A program made the position numbers and the translations under genes. Shown here piece after piece: positions 30,061-40,811 of a DNA stretch of 64,000 nt (the stretch's first letter is position 1; each line of letters opens with the position of its first letter). The stretch lies in the NCBI GenBank assembly GCA_963702205.1, contig OY969724.1, positions 2,976,001 to 3,040,000 of the forward strand, given 5' to 3'. A model generated the notes under the pieces. It worked only from the letters and a program-made list of their open reading frames with translations, searched no databases and had not been told where the DNA came from. This DNA is from an uncultured candidate division Zixibacteria bacterium (GTDB lineage: Bacteria > Zixibacteria > MSB-5A5 > GN15 > PGXB01).

Positions 30061-30747
30061 TCAGATAATTGTAACATCCCCTTCAGGTTCTTTAATGAAG
30101 ACTCGGCGTATTTTTTTCCCTGTTTCCAATTCCATCACCCGATTAATTTTAAGGCGACCTATTTTAATATAGGTTAATTTTAAAATATCGTTAAACCCCA
30201 TCTTGTAATGCAGCGAAAGGCTGCGCTCGTTTGTAAATTCAATTAAGGCATAATGCTGTTTTATATGATTACTTTCCATATAACGCCCGACCGTCTCGCT
30301 CATTTTAAGGTATAATCCTTTTCGTCTGTCTTCCGGTAGAATCATAATGGCAAACCAGTACGTCTCATCCGCATCGAAGTTATATTCAAAACCCATACCC
30401 CTTATATAACAGCGCCCGGAACAAAGAGCCAGAAATCCTGAAGGCTCCGAACCAGGGAGGCTTGCCAAAAAGAAAACCACTTTAGCATCCTGCAAGCCAA
30501 CGGCATATTCCTCACTCCAACCGGTAATCCTGATGACATGCACGATATCTTCACGAGTGGCGATTCTGACATCTATCGAATTATTTAACTCATCTTTGAT
30601 ATTAATTCTATTGGTTCCGACTATTACCGCCTTGTTATATACTACCAATCGTCCCGGCAGCTTCCTGATTATCGAAAACAAGCACAAATCCAACCACCCG
30701 GCCTTCAGATTAGAAGCCATTTTCCTTAAATAAACCATAAGTTGCAT
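30061..30747 (-). CDS. GNAT-fold protein
   Basis: ILPEDRRKGLY acetyl-CoA motif and NERSLSLHYKMGF; ATG 30747 with GGAGG RBS. Confidence 0.7.
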   Translation of the reverse strand: MQLMVYLRKMASNLKAGWLDLCLFSIIRKLPGRLVVYNKAVIVGTNRINIKDELNNSIDVRIATREDIVHVIRITGWSEEYAVGLQDAKVVFFLASLPGSEPSGFLALCSGRCYIRGMGFEYNFDADETYWFAIMILPEDRRKGLYLKMSETVGRYMESNHIKQHYALIEFTNERSLSLHYKMGFNDILKLTYIKIGRLKINRVMELETGKKIRRVFIKEPEGDVTII

Positions 30748-30748
30748 T

Positions 30749-32092
30749 TTACGCCTCCCGATTGATTTTGCACACGGAAAACTGGAATTTGCCACGGGCG
30801 GTAAGCGGTATCTGATCTACAAAAACCACGTCATATTTCATATCAGGGCCGAAAAACCTGGGGACCGATTGGGCCATGACTTTTAGACTGTTCTCGCCGA
30901 AATCATCTGCTTTCACGACATTAAACTGAAGGTGGTCAATCCGGTCCTGAATGATCTGAGTTTGATTGAAACCGGGGATGTGAATAGTAAATGTATCCAG
31001 AATGGAGATGCCTGAAATTTGTTTTCCTTCGGGAGTATAAAGCAAATCAGAGGTCCGGCCGAAAATTCTCCCGATTCTCGGCAAAATCCTCCCGCAAGCG
31101 CATCTTCCGATTTTATGCGTAGCCAGGTCGCCAATTTCATACCGTATAAACGGCATTCCATAATTAGCCAAATCCGTAATTATCAATCGCCCGGGGATGT
31201 GTTCATCACCATCCTCGATTTCCACGTACAAACCCTCGGCGGCTATATGAAGACCGTCATGGGCTTCACATTCCGAGGCGATAATTGAGACTTCTTCGCA
31301 ACCATAACGATCGAATACGATATTCCCGAAAACCTCCTCAATTACCTTTCGCTCGTTGGGAAACAATGTTTCGGCCGTTGAGACGATGCTTTTCAGTTCT
31401 ATATCGTTTATGATTTGGTTTTTCATAAACCGGGCCAGGATAAACAAAGAATGACCGTGACCAAACAGGACTTGCGGTTTAAAACGCCGCATCCGTGCCA
31501 TAAACTCCAGCATACGTTCTTCATTCATGTTAAGCGTATCCAGAAAGATGGCCCGAGTATGAAGCGACCTGTATAATTTTTCCCGAAGGCTGCACTTCTT
31601 TTCAGTACCACCCCAAAGAGCAGCCTGTTTTGTTCCCGGGTAATAATTAGCCCAGCCGTTATGGCGATAAACCAGGGCGTGCTTGAATGTAGTGGCCATT
31701 TTATCCCAATACAACTTGAGAGGAATCCCCGTCGAACCGCCGGTTCTCTTATAATTCATTTGCTCCGCCGAATATCCTTTCGAGATTAGTCTCTCCAGAT
31801 TCTTCCGGATATCGGTCTTGGTTAAAACGGGGATTTTTTTTAAATCATCAAAAGACCTGATATCGCCAGGTTGTAAACCAATGCTTTTGAACCTGCCACG
31901 ATAAAACTCATTATTTTCATAAATGAAACGCAACAATTCGCTGATTTTATTCCACTGATTTTCCCTTATCTGATCTTCCGTATAATACTGCGACTTTAAT
32001 AGCTTATTGACCAAAGGCATATAATTAAGTCCATGGTGATAATCATAAATGGGCACGAATAGTTTTCTTGATAATACTCCGAGGATATCCAT
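30749..32092 (-). CDS. Phenylacetate-CoA ligase family / CapK-like adenylating enzyme
   Basis: IPVLTK, RTGGSTGIP, DRYGCEE, MPFIRYEIGD and GRTSD; ATG 32092 with GGAGG RBS. Confidence 0.88.
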   Translation of the reverse strand: MDILGVLSRKLFVPIYDYHHGLNYMPLVNKLLKSQYYTEDQIRENQWNKISELLRFIYENNEFYRGRFKSIGLQPGDIRSFDDLKKIPVLTKTDIRKNLERLISKGYSAEQMNYKRTGGSTGIPLKLYWDKMATTFKHALVYRHNGWANYYPGTKQAALWGGTEKKCSLREKLYRSLHTRAIFLDTLNMNEERMLEFMARMRRFKPQVLFGHGHSLFILARFMKNQIINDIELKSIVSTAETLFPNERKVIEEVFGNIVFDRYGCEEVSIIASECEAHDGLHIAAEGLYVEIEDGDEHIPGRLIITDLANYGMPFIRYEIGDLATHKIGRCACGRILPRIGRIFGRTSDLLYTPEGKQISGISILDTFTIHIPGFNQTQIIQDRIDHLQFNVVKADDFGENSLKVMAQSVPRFFGPDMKYDVVFVDQIPLTARGKFQFSVCKINREA

Positions 32093-32372
32093 TATACTAA
32101 TCCTCCCGAAGACGTGGAGCCGTTCATACATACATTCGCTGCTCCCGGCTTTGTCGTGCCCGATGCACAATTGCCTGTGCTTCGTTCGATTAATCCTAAT
32201 AAAATATGGACATTAGATAACACGCTAAAATCCTCGCGGAAGATTAACATCCGAGGACGATTCATTCGATTGTGGACAGCCCCGTTCATGTCACCGAAAT
32301 TCCTGAAATGCTGCCAGTCGCCGGCCGATTGCCTATTGATACTCACCATCTAATAATAACACTCCGTGTAGT

Positions 32373-33896
32373 TCATTTACTCCTAAAGCCAAATATCGTA
32401 GCGATATTTTTTTCTATTCTTTCCTTATCATACTTTTCGAGAATAATCATGAATAAACCGGCCAACATCACTATTGATACCAGGATACAATCAAGAATCA
32501 ATTTCAACCAATTGTCCGGCGTAATAAACCTGCTAATTATATACGAAGAGGGCCAAATAAGCAGAACCGATTTCAGAACTGATTTGGAAGCATTGGAATA
32601 AAATTCCGCGACCGGCGATTTCATCGCCCCATAAAATACTTTGGGATATATGAAGATATAGATTAACGACTGAGGTATGGCCGTGCCCAGTGCCACTCCG
32701 ACAATGCCATAGGGCTTTACCAGAATGATCGACAGGACTATATTGGCCAATGCTTCCAATCCGAGAATATAGAAAGTCAAACGATGTTTTGAGACACCCA
32801 TTAAAACAGAATTGGCAATAATCTGCGGAAATGTCAATGACGCCCCTATTATTAAGATATGCAGAACCAATATGGCATCGGTAAACCCATTCTTAACCCA
32901 TAAAAGGATAAACGGTCCTCCGAAGAAAAGCATGACGATGCAAAAATATCCCGAAAGATAGTATAAATAACGTGTTGATTTCGAATAGATGTCCATGATT
33001 TTCTTAAAGTCACTAAGGGCTTCAAAATGGCTGATGGCGGGTACCAGGGGCGTCGCGATGGTCAAAATGGAGTTTCTTAGCTGAGTGATTATCAACGCCG
33101 GGATGGAAAACACGGCCACGTCCGCAGTCGTCAAATAGGCACCGATGACGAGATTGTCAGTTTGAAAAATCAAGGTCCAGGCAATCACGATCAGAAATGA
33201 AAAAATTCCATAATTCATCATTTCCCGGATTTTGGCCATACTAAAATATTCGCGGGAATATTCGATTTCTGGAAACATTTGATGCCTGATACGATATCGC
33301 CAGGCAGCGGATATGAAATTGAGTGTCAGAATCCATGCCGCCATTTCTATCAATCCATAGTCGTATTCGAGCAGGACTATAATACCCAGCGTTTCGAAAA
33401 TCCTGGTGCCTATCAGGAAATAATTGACGATATCGAATCGATGGAAAGGCCCCATCGAACAAAATGGTATGGATGCAAAATACAGGGCCAGGTTGGCTCC
33501 TAAAATAAGTACAATGATCTGCGTGGTTTTAAAATACTCGGGGGGGATATTAAATAACCGAAGAAAGAAATAGTTGATCATGATTGCAATGACAATGGTT
33601 GCCCCCGAAACAAACAGGTACATTCGAGCCGAAGAATTGATTGCCTGGTTCAGCTGTTTCCAGTCCTTCTCGGCATAATATTTTGAAATATATTTTACTA
33701 ACGATTGCTGAATCCCCATATCTGCCAGCCTCATATAGGCTAACAATGAAAAGACAAGGGTCCATAAACCATATTGGTCCTTGCCCAAACGTGAAATTAA
33801 GTAAGGGGTGAAAAAGAAAGAGATGACAATGCTTATAAACATTGCCGCGGTTGAAGTAAAAATATTTTTAAAAAACTGGCTGATAACAGAAACCAC
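32373..33896 (-). CDS. Wzx-type polysaccharide flippase
   Basis: Many TM helices; FFFTPYLISRLGKDQYGLW and TDNLVIG motifs. Confidence 0.88.
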   Translation of the reverse strand: MVSVISQFFKNIFTSTAAMFISIVISFFFTPYLISRLGKDQYGLWTLVFSLLAYMRLADMGIQQSLVKYISKYYAEKDWKQLNQAINSSARMYLFVSGATIVIAIMINYFFLRLFNIPPEYFKTTQIIVLILGANLALYFASIPFCSMGPFHRFDIVNYFLIGTRIFETLGIIVLLEYDYGLIEMAAWILTLNFISAAWRYRIRHQMFPEIEYSREYFSMAKIREMMNYGIFSFLIVIAWTLIFQTDNLVIGAYLTTADVAVFSIPALIITQLRNSILTIATPLVPAISHFEALSDFKKIMDIYSKSTRYLYYLSGYFCIVMLFFGGPFILLWVKNGFTDAILVLHILIIGASLTFPQIIANSVLMGVSKHRLTFYILGLEALANIVLSIILVKPYGIVGVALGTAIPQSLIYIFIYPKVFYGAMKSPVAEFYSNASKSVLKSVLLIWPSSYIISRFITPDNWLKLILDCILVSIVMLAGLFMIILEKYDKERIEKNIATIFGFRSK

Positions 33897-34263
33897 TTGC
33901 TTCTCCGTATAGAAATGATAGCTGCCTATACCATCTCTTCAATAGCTTGTCTGCATTAGCCCTTGCTAATTCAGACAGCGGCGAAAATACTAACCTGCTC
34001 TATGGCGGCCGGCCTTTGGACCATCCTCTTTAAAAATGCATTTGTTAAATCAATAAGCGCGGGCAAGCCCGAAAATCAACCAAAATATGATATCGTGAAA
34101 CGTGCGGGTTCCGATATACGTGCAACTTCAAGCTCTCCTTATGTCGGGCATCGCTTGCAGGTTGTTTTTCCCCGGTATAATGAGAATCTTCATTCTCAAG
34201 AATATGCCGGCAAGTCAGGAATACAAGACGATCGCCGGTTATAATTTGTCATCCCGATGTGTC

Positions 34264-35649
34264 CTATGTCGCCTGGTTGAGTTTCCTGACGTTGGTTTTT
34301 TCCATTATCAGCCTGTTTAGTACAAAGGTCAGCCCGGCTATCATATACCAGGTATAGCGATAAAGGTTATGCCCGAACAACCCGGAAACGAATAGGGCAA
34401 TCATGGACACGATAAAACTTTTGCAGTAAATTGACACCCATAATCCATCGACCCGACTTTGGGCACTCCGGCCAAGAGTGCGAAGATTCTTTACCAGAAA
34501 ATATATGAATACAAACCAGACAATGAAACCGATAATGCCTTCTTCAGCGAATAATTGTATATAAAGATTATGCGGCTGCATCCAGCGCGGTGGACCGAAA
34601 TCACCAGAACCATAAGCGTAGGCGAAGGCCCCGGCCCCTACACCGATAATCGGGCGGTCGACAATCATTCTAAGTCCGGCTTCCCAGATTTCAACTCGTC
34701 CCGATGACGTCTCGTTGATATTGTCCATATCTTCCAAAGTCATATATCGCTGTCGATATTGACCAGGCAGAATCGACCATAATCCGACGAACAGCACTAA
34801 ACTCGTGATTACGATTATGACTTTATGTCTTGAATACATTATACCGCCAGCGATAGCGCCTACGAAGGCAAGCATACCGCTTCGGGAAGCGGTTATGGCG
34901 ACCAAATAAACCATGCCCAGCGCGAGCAGCCAGAGCAGGCTGCTTATCAGCCACTGTCTGAAATAAAAGCCGGAGGCGACCAACAGCGGGATTGTTGCCA
35001 CCAGCGTAGCAGCCAGCGTATTGGGGTCCCCCCCGGCCGATGTGCTGCCATACATTCGATCCACTCCCATACGGGTGATAAATCCCCCCTCCATATATGA
35101 CCTGAAGGCATCAAATCCGATATAGGCGATCAGCAGGAGAAAGACCGATATAAAGGCGATGAATTTCTGCTTAGTGTCTATCAAGGAAATAATTAAATAA
35201 TAAAATATTAAAAGTTTAAGAAAGTCGAGGCAGGTTTCAATCGTCACACCCTTGTCATAGGACGTGAATACCGTAAGGCACATCGCGACCAGGAAGGCCA
35301 CCATCGAAAGTGTAATTGAGTCGCGGGGAAGCGTCACCCTGCCTTCCATAATTTTTTGCCGAATGACAATCACGAGCAGTACAAACAGCCCGGTGACAAG
35401 TTCCAGCCGCAGCGCCGACAATGACGGATACATTTCACCGGGACGCAGTAAAAATATCATGAGATATGACAACAGGCCCCAGAACGGGTATTTGACGATC
35501 AGAACCACGTTGGCCAGCAGGAATAAAGCGGCTATAATTATCAGGGGATTGATAAAAACGGCCGTAACTCCGGCCACAATGCAAACAAAAGCCAGGGTGG
35601 CCCACCATAAATGGCGACTTGATATAAATGTACCAGTGGTTCCGGCCAT
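34264..35649 (-). CDS. O-antigen ligase / Wzy-like polymerase
   Basis: Multi-TM; DPNTLA, TASRSG, SGRVEIW, PIIGVGAG and PHNLY motifs. Confidence 0.88.
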   Translation of the reverse strand: MAGTTGTFISSRHLWWATLAFVCIVAGVTAVFINPLIIIAALFLLANVVLIVKYPFWGLLSYLMIFLLRPGEMYPSLSALRLELVTGLFVLLVIVIRQKIMEGRVTLPRDSITLSMVAFLVAMCLTVFTSYDKGVTIETCLDFLKLLIFYYLIISLIDTKQKFIAFISVFLLLIAYIGFDAFRSYMEGGFITRMGVDRMYGSTSAGGDPNTLAATLVATIPLLVASGFYFRQWLISSLLWLLALGMVYLVAITASRSGMLAFVGAIAGGIMYSRHKVIIVITSLVLFVGLWSILPGQYRQRYMTLEDMDNINETSSGRVEIWEAGLRMIVDRPIIGVGAGAFAYAYGSGDFGPPRWMQPHNLYIQLFAEEGIIGFIVWFVFIYFLVKNLRTLGRSAQSRVDGLWVSIYCKSFIVSMIALFVSGLFGHNLYRYTWYMIAGLTFVLNRLIMEKTNVRKLNQAT

Positions 35650-36581
35650 CTATCTGATCTCTTCCCCGGATTCCGGTTGAACAATCGACATTTCTCTTAC
35701 AATAAAACTTTTGATTTTGGCCGTCAACCTCCGCCGGTCCCAATCATCGAATATAAATATATACCTGCCTGTTAACATTGTTATCGTTATAACAGCTCCC
35801 CGGCCAGAAGTTTATTGCTTGAATCGGGAAAGGCCAGGTGACGCATCAGAAAAGCCGGAGAAAGGATTGAAATGGCCGCCAACAAGATCGACCTGATTGC
35901 GCCTTTATAAAATATCGACACACTCGTATTCATGGTCCGGTAAAATATGGCCGGGTATATGAATGAATATATTGTCACCTGCGGTATGGCCGTGCCCATT
36001 GCCACACCGAATATCCCGTAAGTTTTCAACGATCTCAACGATAGGATAATTTTGGAAGTCGCCTCGGATACCAAAATAGAATAAGCGATCTTATGCCGCG
36101 AGAGGCCGAACAGGACCGAATTGGCAATAGCCTGCGGGAAATAAATCCCGCCCACAATTATAAGTACCTGGAGAATTCTTATGGCCGGGCGGAAATCCTC
36201 ACCGACCCATAAAAGTATGAACGGGCCTCCCAGAAACGGCACCGCAAAGCACAAATAGCCCGACAGATAATAAAGATATCGGGCGGCCTCGTTGTAAAAG
36301 GACACGATCCGGTCATAATCCTTACCGGCCTCCATACGGCTCACCGCAGGGACCGGCGGCACGGATATAATATTCAGCGCTCCCCGCAGCTGCCTCACCC
36401 CGAGGTCGACCAGGCCGAGATAGGCCACGATCGAAAAAGCCAGCGACCAGATTCCATAGCGCTCCTTGCCGAGCATGTCGATCAGGTATGGCGTGAAAAA
36501 GAAAGTTATAGCCAAAGAAATAATCATGCTGGCCCACGAAGTGACAATATTACGCATAAATTGACCAATTACTGTTGCCAT
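35650..36581 (-). pseudogene. Degenerate second Wzx flippase with an in-frame deletion of about 208 codons and a frameshift
   Basis: Aligns to 32373-33896 residues 1-64, then jumps to about residue 273 at ~36390. Adding a G in the run at 35798-35801 restores a paralogous C-terminus ending at TAG 35650, abutting the next start. Confidence 0.8.
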
Positions 36582-36668
36582 ATATATCCAAATATCGACG
36601 GAAAATCTTTTAAATGAATGAATTATACGCGCACGGCGTAAGCAATATAATATTAATTTGGGTAGGGA

Positions 36669-37145
36669 TCAGGTAATTTTGAAAGGAGCACCTGGAATTC
36701 CTTCGTATCGAATTTCATCGACAGCTTCTTTTCTTCCGAATCCCGCATACAGGCGATCCGGAGTATTTATTGAAAATCCGTCTGCACGTCCGATATTTTT
36801 ATAGCCATGAACCACTCCGGGCGGAATGATCACGATCAAAGCTTCTGTTTCATCGGTCCTTAATATGATGTGCCTATTAAAAGAAAGTGATCCGGCCCGG
36901 TTGTCCCACAAGTATATTTCAAAATGCCCGACCCCCGGAAACACCAGGCAATCGCTCTGTTCCTTATGTTGGTGGGGACCGCGAGATTCCCCCGGCCTGG
37001 TCAGGGACATATAGCCCATTGCCACTTTGAATCCGTTGGGAAGCTCGTCCAAGCGAAACAGCTCCGTCAGCCAGCCGCGTTGATCGCTGTGCCGAACATT
37101 CCGTCCAACCAGCACTCCCTCTATTTCGGTCTTTTCAGGAACCAT
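36669..37145 (-). CDS. rfbC: dTDP-4-dehydrorhamnose 3,5-epimerase
   Basis: HSDQRGWLTELFR, RGPHQH and IPPGVVHGY; part of the rfb operon. Confidence 0.88.
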   Translation of the reverse strand: MVPEKTEIEGVLVGRNVRHSDQRGWLTELFRLDELPNGFKVAMGYMSLTRPGESRGPHQHKEQSDCLVFPGVGHFEIYLWDNRAGSLSFNRHIILRTDETEALIVIIPPGVVHGYKNIGRADGFSINTPDRLYAGFGRKEAVDEIRYEGIPGAPFKIT

Positions 37146-38004
37146 AAAGACCCGTCGTCTGGAGGAAATCGCGAAGGGCCGCACCATAGTCTTTCATGAT
37201 ATTGCATCCGGCCTTGTCCAGCACGCCGTTGGTCAGCGGTGTATAGGCCGGGCGGGGCGCCCGATCGGGAAAATCTTTTCGCAGACATTCGGCCATCGGA
37301 ACATCCAGTTTCAGAAGCGAAAACAGCAGCGCCGCCTGGTCATACCGAGAGCATGCTCCTTCGGCCGAACAATGAATGATCCCGGTTATATTTTTGTCTA
37401 TTATTATTTCCGTCTGGCGGACAACTTCATCGTTCCAGGTCGGTGTCCCGACCTGGTCGGTTATCATTTTGATGGGCTCTTCTTTTGACGGATTGTGGCT
37501 GGCCCGGTCAATAAGTCTCATCACAAAACTCTTCCGGCTGTCATTATATAGCCAGGCCACCCTGACTACGGCCGCGTCCGGCAATATCTCGAGCACCTGC
37601 TTTTCGCCTTCAAGTTTGCTGTGGCCATAGACGTTGACCGCCCCGGTCGGATCGCTTTCGACATACGGCGTCTCCTTGCGGCCGTCGAAAACATAATCGG
37701 TACTGTAATGCAGGAGTCTCGCCCCGGCTTCTTTGCACGCCGTCGCGACATTGGCGGCCCCATCGGTATTTACGGCGAACGCCTTTTTCGGATCGTTCTG
37801 GCAGGCATCGACGTCGGTCCAGGCGGCGGGATTGAGAACTATATCCGGCTTGAAGTCGCGGACGAATGCGACCGTCGCGGCTTTGTGTCTTATATCCAGA
37901 TCATCGCTACCGATTGCCATCCGGTTGTATTTCTGTCCGAAATATTTCGACAGGTCGGCCCCGAGAATACCGGTCGCACCGATTATCAGCATTTTACCAG
38001 CCAC
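37135..38004 (-). CDS. rfbD: dTDP-4-dehydrorhamnose reductase
   Basis: [31 protein letters not shown] and DQVGTPT; start is GTG 38004 or ATG 37992. Confidence 0.93.
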   Translation of the reverse strand: MAGKMLIIGATGILGADLSKYFGQKYNRMAIGSDDLDIRHKAATVAFVRDFKPDIVLNPAAWTDVDACQNDPKKAFAVNTDGAANVATACKEAGARLLHYSTDYVFDGRKETPYVESDPTGAVNVYGHSKLEGEKQVLEILPDAAVVRVAWLYNDSRKSFVMRLIDRASHNPSKEEPIKMITDQVGTPTWNDEVVRQTEIIIDKNITGIIHCSAEGACSRYDQAALLFSLLKLDVPMAECLRKDFPDRAPRPAYTPLTNGVLDKAGCNIMKDYGAALRDFLQTTGLYGS

Positions 38005-38887
38005 CGTTGATCTCCCGGACAACCCGCAACAGGTAATCCTTGTAGCTGTTATCGGCCAGATTCTGCACCAGATCATTGAACTGGTCGCGATTGATGAATT
38101 TCATACGGTATGCGATTTCTTCCACGCAAGCGACTTTAAGACCCTGACGTTTTTCTATGGTCGCGATAAAATTACTCGCCGCCAGCATGCTTTCGGGAGT
38201 TCCGGTATCAAGCCAGGCAAAACCTCGTCCAAGTTTGACCACTCGCAATTTGTTACGTTCCAGATAGGCCCGGTTGACATCGGTAATTTCCAGTTCTCCC
38301 CGCCGCGACGGTTTTAAATTCCGGGCGATGTCAGTTACATCGGCGTCGTACATATACAGCCCGGTAACGACATAGTTCGATTTCGGCTTCTCCGGCTTTT
38401 CTTCTATCGAGACCACGCGCCCGTCACCGTCGTATTCTATCACGCCGTACCTTTGCGGGTCCATGACATAATACCCGAACACCAGCGCCCCGTCGTCGAA
38501 CTGCCGCATACCCTCGAAATGCTTGTAATCGCCATAAAAAATATTATCGCCGAGAATCAAAGCCACCGGATCATTGCCGATGAAATTTTTCCCAATTACA
38601 ATCGCTTCGGCAATCCCGCGCGGTTCCGGCTGGACGGCGTATGAAATATTCAATCCCAGGCTCGATCCATCGCCGAACAAGCATTCGAACTGCGGTCGTG
38701 TCGACGGTGTCGTAATCAGCAATATATCTTTTATCCCGAACAACATCAGCGTCGACAGGGGGTAATAGATCATCGGTTTGTCATGCACCGGCAGAAGCTG
38801 TTTGCACACCGCCGCCGTTATCGGGTACAACCGACTGCCGGTACCCCCGGCCAGGATAATTCCCTTTTTCACCCGGTCCGCGGTCAT
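37994..38887 (-). CDS. rfbA: Glucose-1-phosphate thymidylyltransferase
   Basis: [33 protein letters not shown] and WLDTGT; ATGA overlap with rfbB. Confidence 0.96.
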   Translation of the reverse strand: MTADRVKKGIILAGGTGSRLYPITAAVCKQLLPVHDKPMIYYPLSTLMLFGIKDILLITTPSTRPQFECLFGDGSSLGLNISYAVQPEPRGIAEAIVIGKNFIGNDPVALILGDNIFYGDYKHFEGMRQFDDGALVFGYYVMDPQRYGVIEYDGDGRVVSIEEKPEKPKSNYVVTGLYMYDADVTDIARNLKPSRRGELEITDVNRAYLERNKLRVVKLGRGFAWLDTGTPESMLAASNFIATIEKRQGLKVACVEEIAYRMKFINRDQFNDLVQNLADNSYKDYLLRVVREINGGW

Positions 38888-39963
38888 GACTGCGACAGCT
38901 TCCTTTTGTAATTCATTTTGTAATATTTCATATATTCCCCGCTTATACAAGCGTTGAGCCAGTCCTGATGTTCCAGGTACCATTGGATCGTCTCATCCAG
39001 GGCTTTTTCGAATTCATATTGCGGCCGCCAGCCGAGTTCCGTACGAATGCGCGACGAATCCAGCCCGTAACGATAATCATGCCCGGCTCGATCCTCGACA
39101 AAAGTGATCAGCCTTTCACTGCCCGCGATGCCGACTTTTTCATCGACTTTCCGGCACAGCAGCCGGACCAGATCGAGATTGCGCATTTCGTTACCGGCAT
39201 CTATCAGATATGTCGCGCCTTTTTGACCCCCGCGCAAAACCGTATCCAAAGCCCGGCAATGATCCTCAACGTAGAGCCAGCTGCGGATGTTTTGCCCGTC
39301 GCCGTACACCGGGATTTCCTGCCGATTGAGAATGTTGTTTATGACCAGCGGAATCAATTTTTCCGGAAACTGGCGAGGCCCGAAATTATTGCTGCTGTGG
39401 GTAATTATCGCATCGATACCATAAGTCCTGATATACGCCCCGACCAGATGGTCTCCCCCGGCCTTGGTGGCCGAATACGGAGAATTGGGCCGGTACGGCG
39501 CCCCCTCCGAAAAAACGGGATCATCATCACCCAGCGAACCATAGACTTCATCGGTGGAGACATGGACAAAGCGCACCGGCGTGCCAGACTCAAATCTGCT
39601 TCGGACCAGTTCAAGCAGATGGAAGGTCCCGTTAAGGTTCGTCGTCACGAAATCCGAAGGGCCGATGATGGAACGGTCCACGTGCGATTCGGCGGCCAGA
39701 TGAATGACGGCATCAAAATTATATTTTTCGAAACAGGCCGACAGTTTTTCAAAATCGGCAACGGATATCTTCTCAAATTGAGAATTGTCAGCGTTTTCAA
39801 CCTGGGATAAGCTCGAAAGATTGGCCGCGTAGGTCAGGCAATCGATATTTACAAACAGATATTGCGGATATTTGGGCACAAGATATAACAGCAGATTGGA
39901 ACCGATAAAACCGGCCCCGCCCGTGACAGCTACTATTTTTTCCCAATTACCTTTCAAGGTCAT
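38884..39963 (-). CDS. rfbB: dTDP-glucose 4,6-dehydratase
   Basis: [35 protein letters not shown] and QFPEKLIP. Confidence 0.96.
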   Translation of the reverse strand: MTLKGNWEKIVAVTGGAGFIGSNLLLYLVPKYPQYLFVNIDCLTYAANLSSLSQVENADNSQFEKISVADFEKLSACFEKYNFDAVIHLAAESHVDRSIIGPSDFVTTNLNGTFHLLELVRSRFESGTPVRFVHVSTDEVYGSLGDDDPVFSEGAPYRPNSPYSATKAGGDHLVGAYIRTYGIDAIITHSSNNFGPRQFPEKLIPLVINNILNRQEIPVYGDGQNIRSWLYVEDHCRALDTVLRGGQKGATYLIDAGNEMRNLDLVRLLCRKVDEKVGIAGSERLITFVEDRAGHDYRYGLDSSRIRTELGWRPQYEFEKALDETIQWYLEHQDWLNACISGEYMKYYKMNYKRKLSQS

Positions 39964-40049
39964 CTTTCAGCCATAATTTTACGACAAATTTTAAAGGTAG
40001 CCTTACAAAAGGTTTTAGTCAATAACAATGAACCATTAATGAAGTTCTT

Positions 40050-40721
40050 CTAAACCCACGGGAGGTTATCGGGCGGACGTTTGAAGAAAAAGTGCAGGCG
40101 GTGGGGAGGCTCCGGCCACCTTTTATAGAAACAGCAGGACAGCCCCAGTAATGTCATGCAATACGTCTCCCCCACGATTTCAAAGCCCATACGACGGTGG
40201 AGCATGATAGACGGTTTATTGAAAATGTCGACCGCCCCCAGGGCCAGGCTGCGCTTGTCGCGGCCAAAATGTTCGAACTGAATCCTATACAGCGGTCCGA
40301 TAAATCCCTTCATCCGTTCCGAGGGAATCACATAAACGCCATAAAGGAAAAAACCGTCGGTCCCGGTGTCTACCACCTGCCCACCGTACCGTACCCACAT
40401 TTTCCCCCTGGCTCCCCAGCTGATAGCCACTATTTCGCCCGCCTTCTCCACAATAAAACAGGTATCGCCCCGGGCCAGTCGTTCGCGGGCCTTTTCGGCG
40501 GTTATGTCGACCAAAAGCAAATTGGCGGCATCATCGACGGTTGCCGGGCGCAACACATAATCACGATAAACGCGGGTAATCAACTTGGGAGTTCGCGCGG
40601 AAATCAGGACCGTATGATAATAGCTGAACAGCCATTCCGGCATCCGGGCTGAAATTGCCCCGATTATATATTCCAGACCGTATGTTTTAAGTTTATCTTT
40701 GGCTTTTGCCAGTTTGGCCAT
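40050..40721 (-). CDS. GNAT-fold protein, distant paralog of 30061-30747
   Basis: YVIPSERMKG and NKPSIMLHRRMGF motifs. Confidence 0.7.
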   Translation of the reverse strand: MAKLAKAKDKLKTYGLEYIIGAISARMPEWLFSYYHTVLISARTPKLITRVYRDYVLRPATVDDAANLLLVDITAEKARERLARGDTCFIVEKAGEIVAISWGARGKMWVRYGGQVVDTGTDGFFLYGVYVIPSERMKGFIGPLYRIQFEHFGRDKRSLALGAVDIFNKPSIMLHRRMGFEIVGETYCMTLLGLSCCFYKRWPEPPHRLHFFFKRPPDNLPWV

Positions 40722-40811
40722 CGGCAGTTTCCCGTCAGCTGCAATAAATTAGACTATATTACGGTAAATGCTGAAATATGCAAACGACAATTTAATAAGT
40801 ATGGATATTAT

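Noticed and set aside
32100..32370. Possible FemAB/GNAT remnant upstream of the CapK-like gene
   Set aside because: Similarity too faint to support without a search
38968..39810. Long antisense ORFs such as 38968-39810, 20114-20911, 8154-8876 and 62378-63151
   Set aside because: Shadow frames of well-supported genes on the opposite strand
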